A stretch of 64,000 nucleotides of DNA from Octopus sinensis. Its lineage: Eukaryota. Location of the stretch: the NCBI RefSeq assembly GCF_006345805.1, contig NC_043011.1, forward strand, positions 12,161,022-12,225,021, read 5' to 3'. The notes under the pieces are model-generated. The model searched no databases, had not been told where the DNA came from, and saw only the letters and a list, made by a program, of their open reading frames with translations. A program made the position numbers and the translations under genes. Positions 24,715 through 35,459 of the stretch are shown piece by piece; the stretch's first letter is position 1, and each line of letters starts with the position of its first letter.

Positions 24715-25188
24715 ATGTATGTATGTATGTATGAGTGTATGTTTACTTTATTACTAACACAAGCCACTACGGTTATTTAATGTAAAGTCTTCGTCAAATC
24801 ACTCTCTCTGGCTATTTACTCTCTTCCAAGAACATTTTCACTCACACTTATGTGTTAGCTTCCCATACATTTTACTCATGTATCTATCAGCGTGATAGAG
24901 AGAAACAAATATTACATCTAGTTTCACTTTATTCGTTGCCCACTGTGTGTGTGCGTTTGCGTGTGGTGTAAACCAGACTAAGAAAAGCATTTGACACACA
25001 CACCAGAATGTGAGTTTTCTGTAAATTTTGCTTAATTGGAGTTTAAATTTTAAAAACTGGACCTGGCATGACGCGATGCATTGTACTCTTAAAAATGCCA
25101 GGTAAATTGTAATTGAAGAAATCCTATATTGTAGATTTGTATAACTCCCAAAGGGAGGCAGATAAAATCTGCCTTTTATAATAAGGGA
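23205..25188 (-). mobile_element. Non-autonomous composite Helitron, copy B (~1984 bp), head-to-tail with copy A
   Basis: Near-identical to copy A. 5' A|TC at 25189/25188 (a short duplicated start extends to 25195), 3' CTAG at 23205 joined directly to the TC of copy A, internal 5' end at 23838. Confidence 0.85.
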
Positions 25189-25955
25189 TAAGAGATTAAT
25201 ATGATACTATATTATCATTATATATAATTTATATTTATTTTCTTTGAGTAATTATAAATATTTGAAAAGTATTGCATATAAATAAATAGTTAGTTGATAT
25301 ACTAGAAATATTTATAGAATAAATATTGATTTACACGATTTATTACCATCTCTAAAACTAAGTAGGACTCTGATACTTTATTTATATATTATTAAAATAG
25401 CCAGTGATTGTTTTCGACTTAAATGCATTCGAATTAACATTATTGGAGATATATAGAAACATTTTTTGACAGTTGTAGATTTTCTTTACCTAATTATTTT
25501 GTCGGTTATAAATCTGTTTTATGGTACTTGTTATGTATCTGAATAGTCAATACTCATGCTCCTTAACAATCAGTATTTTGCAATTTGGTAGTCCTTTTAG
25601 GTGGAATTCCATCAGTCTTTTTGAACCAAAACCCTGAAGAGACTTGTGTACATGGATATGAACCGTTTATAAATCAAATAATGTATATGTCAAAACAAAT
25701 TGTTGGCTTTTTTATTTTTTTAATAATTTTTGTATGTTATATTATATTTATTTTATATTATAAATAAATTGTTAGATTGTCAATTGTATTTCTCTATTTA
25801 ATTTATTGTTTATATATATATAAATTTGAGTTATAACTTTTCTTAATGACATGGAAAAGACAGATAGGAACGCTATTTGAATTATTATCAATTCATATAG
25901 ATTTTAGTTCCTTCTTTTCTTTCTATCTTGGTTTCATTTTATCTTTATTTTACAG

Positions 25956-26065
25956 GGAGTGGAGTGTGGTGGCCAAAAACTGTTGATAAAATTTCCTGAT
26001 AATCCAATAATTAATGTAGGAAATGTCACAATACTAAAAGCTTCTACTTCTAACAATAGCAAAAG
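25956..26065 (+). other. Candidate orphan 110-bp exon (GVECGGQKLLIKFPDNPIINVGNVTILKASTSNNSK)
   Basis: Pyrimidine-rich acceptor TTTCATTTTATCTTTATTTTACAG, consensus donor AAG|GTAAGT, and only one of three frames open. No homologue recognised. Confidence 0.35.
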
Positions 26066-26319
26066 GTAAGTTTCTCCTGGTCCTGTCTTTCTCCTATGCA
26101 TAGTTCTTTTGCTTACAAAAATGGTCTTGGTCTACCTGGTGTGTTAGTTGTTATGAATTGGTCTTGTGAAAAATACATTTCACTGTCCACCAAAATTGGT
26201 ACATTTTTCACTTTGTAACAAATGAAATTTTTATACATATTTAACTATTTATATGATAAATACACAAAAGAGCAGCTACAACATAAAGCTATGGTTTTAT
26301 ATTTAAGTACTTACTTTTT

Positions 26320-26760
26320 GGAAATGCTAAATTTCTAAATCTCTCATAGAGACATGTACGGTGGTGGGGCGATAGAATGGTTGTATACTGTCAATCTAAC
26401 ACGAACGTGACACCACCGCTGTATAGCCCTAGGAAGCATCGACGCCTCCTGATGGCTTTGACACATTTTTTCTGTGTCCTTATATACATTTACGAAGGGG
26501 AGACAAATACCCCCAGCTGCCCGGGCTGCATCTAGGGACACGTGTTTCAGGATGATTGTCCTTCGTTGGCCTAGAGTAGCAGACATCGGTCAGCCATTGA
26601 TACTTGCCTCGACTCGCAATGTATATATCTAAATTTCAGTGAAGTCTATTCACTGATTATCAAAATCAGAAATACTAAATTTCTAAATCTCGCGTAGAGA
26701 CATGTACGGTGGTGGGGCGATAGAATGGTTGTATACTGTCAATCTAACATGAACGTGACA
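26320..26760 (-). mobile_element. Retrozyme-like insertion: 1.26 copies of a 348-bp unit flanked by a 13-bp TSD
   Basis: 92-bp direct repeats at 26321-26412 and 26669-26760 (4 differences). TSD GTACTTACTTTTT at 26307-26319 and 26761-26773. Type I HHR fold inside the unit. Confidence 0.7.
26527..26581 (-). ncRNA. Type I hammerhead ribozyme fold with mutated core (CCAACGA in place of CUGANGA)
   Basis: Minus strand: TCTAGG-CCAACGA-AGGA CAATCA TCCT-GAA-ACACGTGT-C-CCTAGA. 6-bp stem I, 4-bp stem II, palindromic stem III and a GUC cleavage triplet. Two core substitutions. Confidence 0.65.
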
Positions 26761-27138
26761 GTACTTACTTTTTACTGTCAAGAAACAAAGCTATGGGTAT
26801 TAAACTAAATAAAAAGGCTATCATATCACACTACATATTTTAGGTTGATCTGATGGCACACTTCTTTAGAGATGTATGAGGTCTTTATATGCAATTTTAG
26901 TAAAATGTCAGATCTCCACCACAATTTTAGTTGCTACCTGTTTTCCAATTTTTTTTTTGTTCCACATCAGTTTGTAAATATCTTTTATGCTAATATATGT
27001 TGATTGATTATCATTGATACCCATCCAGTTTTAATAGTGAGAGTTGTAGCTATGTTGATGATAGTAGATGTACTACAAAGATTTGTTTTTAGTAAAGTTG
27101 TATTAGCAGAACGTAGTATTGTTGTTATAGTTAGTTAA

Positions 27139-27361
27139 CCCTTTAGCATTTAAACCGGCCATATCCGGCCAAAAGTATTCTGCTTGTTTTATGTTCAAAC
27201 TTGCCAGATCTGGTCTCTCAGACCAACCCTACAATATTGTTTTAAAAATTAACAGCTACTTCATCAAAATCTCATAACTACAAGATAATGCATCTCATAA
27301 CTACAAGACAATGTAGATGAAGAAGCATTAATTTTGGCAGAATAATGTGAACACTAAAGGG
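27139..27361. mobile_element. piggyBac-type MITE (copy 2)
   Basis: TTAA flanks, CCCTTTAGCATTT left end and CACTAAAGGG right end; homologous to 16225. Confidence 0.88.
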
Positions 27362-28077
27362 TTAACCTTAAATAATCTCTCACTGAGCAGTTTTATGGTT
27401 GAATGTGTTTCAACCATTACATTATAATTTTTGTATAGCTAGCAATATACTGCTCAATGTTGCCTTCTTTTTTTTCTTTTTAAATTTGGTTGTATGTTAT
27501 TTAAGGGAATTTAATTGCTATTTCTAGCAGGTCATGTGACCACATCTTAGGTGTAGTAATATTAATAAAATCCATACAAGTGGTGCTACAGTACAACTCT
27601 CTAACATAATATACAACTGCTAAAAAATGAAAGTGAGTGATGAGACTGCAACAGCTAAGGTAATATGCAACATTCTTGCTCCAATTGCTGCTCAAAGTTC
27701 TCAAGAAGAATACGGCTCTCAGAATTGATGGATTCACCTAAAAGAAAAATATAATGAAAAATGCTCATGTTGTTGATGAGGTTAGTCTCACAATCTTATA
27801 TCATGTTCTCTTATAAGTAACTTTACTTCATTCAGCATTCTCTTTTTGATTATCTCTTATACTTCACTAAACAATTCATTCAAACCATTTTCCTCAGAAT
27901 TGCTGCTATCTGGAAATTTATCCATCTTAACATTTTCCCTACTGACATCAATATACAGAACTTGAAAATCTATTGCATCAGCCTCATCAATTTGCAAAGA
28001 CTTACTAAGTTTATGAATGCTTCTTTCTTTCCCTCCCACCCAAAATTGTATTTTAAAACTTCAATAAGGCAAGAAGA

Positions 28078-28490
28078 AAATTCTGATATATTTGGACAAT
28101 AATAAAAGGTTTTTTTTAGAAAATTATGTTATGCTATGTCTTTAATGTAAGTCTTGGACACAACAAGGAGAATGAAGGGAGAAGAGGTAAGTGGGTAAGA
28201 AATGCCTGAGTAGAGGTGACATGAGGCCAATCAATTCTGTGGAGCAGAGGCCATTATAGCAGCAGTAGAGAGAAGACACTATGGGCCAGAATCTGGAACA
28301 TTTCTGTGAGTGACTTCATACCAATCGTGTGCCCTCTTCTAGATGCAGTCTAAGATGTCTGTGTGTTCAGCAGCTATATTCTTACTCCAGTGTAGACTTC
28401 ATGTGAGTCTTTGTAATATCAGGAATTGATTTTCTGATTATCGGATTGAAATTCAGTAGTTGCAAATATAAACGATTATGTCGTTTGTAA
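28078..28490 (-). repeat. Right arm of the long-range inverted repeat (partner 19551-19974)
   Basis: Reverse complement of 19551-19974 with one ~11-bp indel. Confidence 0.9.
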
Positions 28491-28559
28491 TACCTCTTTC
28501 TGAATCACTTTGTGCACAAAATGAAGATGTTTTAAACTGACTATATATATATATATATA

Positions 28560-28853
28560 TCACCGTGACCAACCAGGCTATCAGATGTTGCTACACATCG
28601 CTGGTCACAATGCGCGTTGCATTGTTTTAGCCTTCAAATGACGCCACCCCGCTGGCTAAGCGAGCAGGCCGACAGAAGAAAGAGTGAGAGAAAGTTGCGG
28701 CGAAAGAGTACAGCAGGGTTCGCCACCACCACCCTGCCGGAGCCTCGTGGGGCTTTAGGTGTTTTCGCTCAATAAATGCCAGTCTGGGAATCGAAACCGC
28801 GATCATACCACTGCAAGTCCGCTGCCCTAACCACTGGGCTATTTCGCCTCCAC
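28560..28853 (-). mobile_element. tRNA-derived SINE
   Basis: GTGGAGGCGAAATAGCCCAGTGGTTAGGGCAGCGG head and GGTTTCGATTCCC B box; same family as 6555. Confidence 0.8.
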
Positions 28854-30016
28854 TATATATATATATTCTGACTAGTTGTAATACCAATTCCTCCTAAAAA
28901 TATAACTACCCTATAAGATTTGAATTCAGTTGTAAAACTGCTAAGCTATAATCTACAAGGCAGCTAATCTGGCATTCTACCATTTCTATCTCTTACTCTC
29001 CTCTCAGTCTCCAAGAGATGTTGAGAATGTGAGGTAGAGACAGACAGAGACCATTCTCAACATGGGGATAATTTAATGAAAAAATATACTTATTTAACCA
29101 TTAAATAACTGAAAACCTTTCAAACATAGAAAATTTTATTCTGAACTAAAACCCTTATATTTACAAATTTAAAGCTACCCCTCCATAACCTAATGTAACT
29201 GCCCTGTATGAATTTTCAATAGTAATCTTCACAGAAAAAAATGTAAGCTTTGTATCTGGAACTTCCATATATTTTTGAGATTTTTATTTAATATTAATAC
29301 CAGAAAAAGTATATTTTTTACTTAATAAGTGCCATTACTCTCAGATAAAGCACCAATCTCTGTGGTTAACCTTATACTTAGAGCATAAATTACTACTGAG
29401 GTTTTTAGTAATTTTCTGGCTATCATGTACAGTGTTGTTAAAGGAAAGTGCTATATTCCACTTCAGAAAATCTCAATACATTACTGCTTCAACCAATGTG
29501 GTTGACATCCATCTTATGCAGGCTGATGCAGTCTATCATTAGTAATTGGCAATGTTATGGTCATTAACTACTACTTGTGTATTAATAAATAGCATGGCTT
29601 TATATCTTACTGACTTTGTGTAACATAAATTTTAAATCTGAAACTGACCTTCATCTCATGGCATGCTCAAAGCATAGAATAAATACTAATTATGACACAG
29701 CTTTCCTCAAAGCTCCGCATCCATAAGTCAATCAGTTACTTGTTACTAAGTCTGAACTGATGATAGATGTCTATCTTAAGCAGAAATTTGGTTCCTTTGC
29801 TTTTATAAATTACCATTTTGTCATTAATTTTAAAAATGTGTATTCTTTTTGCATTATAAAAGCAACAGCATTGAAACATTGTCACTTTGAAATCACTGTC
29901 ACCTCTCCTCTTGTAAAAGTTTAATAAGCATTAAGTAATATGAATAATATTGAGTAATTTGTCAGTTTAATTTTAAGTTGTTTTTATATAAAATTTGACA
30001 TACAAACAAAAGATTA

Positions 30017-30084
<68 letters not shown>

Positions 30085-30867
30085 TGTGTGTGTGTACTGG
30101 GAGGGAATGAAGAAGAAATAAAATTAGTTGTAACTTCACTTGTGGCATTCAATTGCCACATCCTCTGTAAATTATATAACTGTGCTAACTTTCATACTCA
30201 AAACAGCATCACAACTTTGACCAGCCAAATTAAGGAACTTGACCAAAGTAACTAAAATTATATATCCGCTGCCTCTCAGATCATGCAGCATTTCAGTATT
30301 ATATGTATCTAATATAGAACGTAGAAAAAAACCTGTAACATTACACGTAGAATTCAAACGCAGCATCTGCTGTAAACAGTGCTGTGCTAATCACTACATC
30401 AACAGCAACATCACAACTTTGCCTGTCCAAATAAAGAAACTTAACCTAAGTAGCTAAGATTATATATGAGCAGCTTGTCAACAGAGATCTTAGTCCACAT
30501 AGTATTGAAGTAAGGTGTTGTATATTTCTAACATACAAGACAATATATTTTATATATGTATGTATGTATAATTATTATTATAGTATTGTTGTTGTTGGCT
30601 GCGTCTCGTGTTTCCGAGCTTGCAGTCCAGTTCATTTTTCTGGGTGTTTGAACTGCAGATGGCTCCGCAATCCAAGGGTTGCATGAAACATACGGGGACA
30701 TTGTGGACAAGGGATAGAAGGAGCTGGTTTGGAAAGGAGAAGGTGCTGCTTTCTCTCCCATCTCTTGAGTTCAGCTCTTGCAACAGTATATATATCTGTG
30801 TGTGTATGTATATATATATATAGTAAAAAAAATTCCAGGCCGATATCATTAAAGCAAATATAGTATA

Positions 30868-30897
<30 letters not shown>

Positions 30898-30904
<7 letters not shown>

Positions 30905-30917
30905 TAGGAGGACTATT

Positions 30918-30963
<46 letters not shown>

Positions 30964-30978
30964 TCCTCCTATATTTAT
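30898..30978. repeat. Perfect palindrome centred on a (TA)n tract
   Basis: AAATATAGGAGGACTATTT (30900-30918) and AAATAGTCCTCCTATATTT (30958-30976) flank a self-complementary TA array. Confidence 0.9.
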
Positions 30979-31324
30979 GTTTTTTTTAGTCTTTCGCTTG
31001 TATTTCTAACCACACATGAGAATAACTCACCCAGCGATATATAATCTTAATATTTTGTGACCATTATGATAATATTAACCCAGAATGCATTGTCAAAATC
31101 CAAATACTTGTAAAAGTTAACTAAGCATGTACTCTACTAAATAATATATAGTAATGGGTCCCCAGCATGGTCACAGCCTCTAGGCTGAGACACATAAAAG
31201 AATAAATACTAATGTGATACATGTCATTGATATTTGCATAATTGATTAGTGTTTTGTTATTTGTGATTGCTTAGCATTGACTAATTATGAGACTTGTTCC
31301 ACTATATTATCTATATTGAACTTT

Positions 31325-31355
<31 letters not shown>

Positions 31356-31414
31356 TTCAGATTTGTTCATATACATACCTATTACTGATCTTATATATAT
31401 ATATGTGCATGCAT

Positions 31415-31468
<54 letters not shown>

Positions 31469-31644
31469 GTCATCATAAGTTTAAATGATTGTACAAATAT
31501 CTGACAGCTTCATAATTTTATGATTCATGAAATGAATGAATTAAATCTGTTTTAGTTATTCTCCATTAAATATTCTATAAAAGCCTATTAGTTATATGCT
31601 GCTATCTATCTATCTATCTATCCGCTCAGTCGAAGTCGACTCTC

Positions 31645-31940
31645 GGTTACTCATTGGATCAGTGTCCTCCAGTCAGTTCTATCCTGGGCCGCTTCTTTCA
31701 GATTGGCTATGTCCATTCTGGTATCCCTCTTGATAGTGTGAAGCCAGCGGGTTCTTGGTCGGCCTCTTCCTCTCTTGCCACTGACCATTCCGAGCATGAT
31801 GTCCTTCTCCAGGGATTTTCTCCACATAACATGACTGAAATATGCCAATCTATGCTTGGTGATCCTAGCTTCTAGCGACATTTTTGGCCTGATCTTCTTA
31901 AGAACTTCTCCATTGGTTATATGCTGCAATATCTTTTATT
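31645..31940 (-). mobile_element. RTE-clade LINE 3' fragment
   Basis: HITNGEVLKKI...RLAYFSHVMWRKSLEKDIMLGMVSGKRGRGRPRTRW...AAQDRTDWR. Confidence 0.85.
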
Positions 31941-32645
31941 TCAGAGTGCATTACTTTTCATTTAATGTATAGAACTCTAAGCTTGATGCATTCAGAAACA
32001 GATGCGACAATATTATTAACAGGTTAATATCTATTAAGATACACTTTTTGCTCAGTGACTTTGCAAAACATCAGAATGTGAAATGGAATAGTGCTAGCTG
32101 GTTGAAAAGGGAATTTGTTTCCAATATTCTTTGATCACACTTAGCAAATTACCAAAATCTAATTTTCTCCAAGTTTTGATGTCTTAATCAACTTCATTCC
32201 AGATATATTCTAATCACAGACGATCCATTTGAACGTACATTAGATTATCACAGATATCATGAATTCATTGAGAATTATGGAACTGAATAAAATTTACAAT
32301 TTTTCTTATTTGTGTTTTAAATTTATGTCATTCTGAAAGTTTAAAACTATGGAATACTTCTGAAGAAATAATAAAATTAAATAAGGACATTATCAAGCAA
32401 ATTTTTATCAGTCATTATTACTTTTATTAATTTTTTTATATTACTATATGTATTGATTATCAGTTTTCTTTGAAAACTCAGAAAGTATCAAAAATCAAAA
32501 AAATTGTTCAGTAGTAGCAACAGTGTATATATATGTATATATAGTTAATCCAAACATGAAAACACAAAGAGAAAACACAACAACGTGAGGATGTGGAACA
32601 AGTATAGTGTTATTGGACGCTCCGGAAAGGAAAGAAAGAAGGAGG

Positions 32646-32680
32646 ATTTAACGTTTCGAGCGAAGCTCTTCGTCAGAAAC
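32646..32680 (-). ncRNA. Minimal hammerhead-like motif in a Penelope-like terminal remnant
   Basis: Minus strand: GTTT-CTGACGA-A GAGC TTC GCTC-GAA-ACGT-T-AAAT. Intact core, but stem I is only 3-4 bp. Confidence 0.5.
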
Positions 32681-32800
32681 TTAGGAAAAGGAAAGATCCA
32701 AGGAAGGGAAGACAGAGGAAAAAAATCGCCAACGATACACATTTTGAATGATATATATGTAAAGTAAAAGGGATTAAAAATTCCAGGCAGATATCATTAA

Positions 32801-33021
32801 CCCTTTAGCATTTAAATCGGCCATATCCAGCCAAAAGTATTCTGCCTGTTTTATGTTCAAACTGGCCAGATCTGGTCTCTCACACCAACCCTACAATATC
32901 GTTTTAAAAATTAACAGCTACCTCATCAAAATCTCATAGCTACAAGATAATGCATGATTTGTTCAAAACAATGTGGATGAAAAAGCATTAATTTTGGCAG
33001 AATAATGCAAACACTAAAGGG
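32801..33021. mobile_element. piggyBac-type MITE (copy 3)
   Basis: TTAA flanks at 32797-32800 and 33022-33025; same TIRs as the other copies. Confidence 0.88.
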
Positions 33022-33699
33022 TTAAAGCACTTTAATGAACTTGGTTAACTATATCCAAGAGTAATAAATGCAAGTAGAAAAAAGCATCCAAGACAATCCT
33101 TCATGTGTGATAAGTCAGTCTACATATTGAGAAGAGTTCCAAGAAATTTGGTGTATAAGACAACAAAAATAAGAATGGAGAAATACACATCTTTAATTGG
33201 TGACTACACCATACAATACTAATGAAGGTTTCTGCTGTGTCAACATATTTAGATACTGAAAATATCAGTCAAATTAATAAATCCAAAAGTACATGTTAGC
33301 ACAATATTATCAAGACAACCCAAAATTGGTTAAATTAAGAAGGAACTAGGAAAATATCTCTTGTAGATGAACACCTACATAAAGAACATTAAGAAGAAAT
33401 ATAATATTCTAAGAAAAGCCAGTTTAGTATGTAACTTGTGATGACATCAGTTGATAGTGAAAGAATAAAAAATAAACATGAATTCTATGTTACAATAATT
33501 AGAAACATAGAAATTCTACATCACAATTATTTATCTATTAAATATGCTAAACATTTTTAGAAAAATTCTGCATATTATATTTTGTGAAAAGCAATTATAA
33601 TTAATGGGTTATTTAGAATTGAAATATTTAAACACTTTTCTATATTTGTGAATGTAAAATTACCTTCATAATTTAATAAATATTAATTTAAAAGTAATT

Positions 33700-34160
33700 A
33701 TATAATACATTTCTTCAAAGCAAAGATCACATTTTAAATTACCAGTGAAAGGAAGATTGTATGAGACATGTATACAAACAGTAATTCTACTTGGTAGTGA
33801 GATGTGGGCCCAAAATGTAGAGGACATCTGAAGACTAGAGAGGAATAAGGTAGTATGCTCTGCTGGATGTGCAGTGTAAGTGTATATGTGCAATAGAGTG
33901 CTAGTATACTGAGAGAAAAAAGTTAGGTGTAAGAGGAATGAGATGCAATGTGCAAGAGAAAATACTGCACTAGTTTGGGAATTAGGCAGATGCATGTTGA
34001 CAGTTCCATGAAGAAGTGCTGATCACTTAAAGTGGATGGAACTCATGGAGGAGGGAGACTCAGGAAGACATGGGACAAAGTACTGATGAACAACCTTGTG
34101 GAGGAGATGACAAAGGACCAAGATACCTGGTGCCTTGCTGTACTCAAGAAGAGGTGTCCT
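33700..34160 (+). mobile_element. Degraded RTE-like LINE 3' fragment
   Basis: GRLYETCIQTVILLGSEMWAQNVEDI and later GRLRKTWDKVL. Confidence 0.6.
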
Positions 34161-34519
34161 CCACAGCAGAAGTGTTAATGCAGTTCTCCTTGATGAAGAG
34201 GGTTGGCTTGCAAGAGCCCTGTTCTGGTACCACATAAAAAGCACTTGTGATAACGCCACATAGAAGCACACGTGCCAGAGCCACATTAAAAGTACCCAAC
34301 ACACACTGTAAAGTGATTGGTGTTAGGAAGAACATTCAGCTGTAGAGACCAATCAGATTGGAACCTGGTGCAGCTATTCTACTTGCCAGCTTTAGACAAA
34401 CTGTCCAACCCATGCTAGCATCATGATGATGATGATGTGTGTGTATGTTAGCAATTACTGAGATAAGCAAATAAGGCACATCACGTATTAAATATATGAA
34501 GTACATCAAATACAAAATA

Positions 34520-34765
34520 TGTATCATCATCATCATCATCATCGTTTAACGTCCGTTCTCCATGCTAGCACGGGTTGGACGGTTCAACCAGGAATTGGGA
34601 AGCCATATGGCTGCAACAGGCTCCAATCTGATCTGGCAGAGTTTCTACAGCTGGATGCCCTTCCTAACGCCAACCACTCCGTAAGTGTAGTGGGTGCTTT
34701 CTATGTGCCAGGCGAGGCTGGCAATGGCCACGATCGGATTGGTGCTTTTTACGTGCCACCGGCTG
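34520..34765 (-). mobile_element. (ATG)n-tailed SINE with about one unit of the internal repeat
   Basis: Same family as 6836. Confidence 0.8.
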
Positions 34766-35459
34766 CTATTAATGCAGAATGAGAGAAAGCAGAAGTTGGA
34801 AACTTTGAGATGATGCATTTATATGTATAAATAGGTCCAATTTACACAGAGTACAAATGACAGAGAAATTTAAAGGGGTGGAAGAAAGGTATTATATGTC
34901 CAACAACTATTTCTGGAGACTCGGTGATGCATAATAATGTTGGTAAATCTAGTCTATCACAAAATGCAGCCTTATAGGTGCATTTAACATAGGGTGAGAT
35001 GAGCCTCCTTCATCAGGGTAGAGAGGATCTTACATTTCAGATTTTAATGCAGAGAAGTTGGACTTGCATAAGTATACATATAAGTTATATCAGGACCCAT
35101 GATAATTACAATCCTCAATGTTTACAATAACAGTATTTCGTATTATAAATCTTCTTTGTTTGCCCATGTTTACTATCCTGTCCACTTTTTACTTTTTTTC
35201 CTCTCTTTTCTTCAAAACAAACAATATATTGTAATTGAAAAGAAACCTCTCTCTCTATGTTTTTTTTCGCTTTCTTTGCTTTTCTTTTTTGCTTGTCCTT
35301 ATCTTTTTCTCTTTCTCCAAAAACACACAAAAATTTTTTTCTTTTAAACAAAGCAAAAAATTGAACTGCACTCTTCAAAACTTGCCCTAAGAATAAGGAC
35401 AAGGTAAAATTACTACCTGCTTTTATAGCAAGTTGATGCTGGTAGTTTTATTTTTGGAT

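Noticed and set aside
29018-29063. 12-bp hairpin whose loop starts with TGAGGTAG (let-7 seed)
   Set aside because: Only the 8-nt seed matches, it lies in the loop rather than the stem, and the rest is not let-7.
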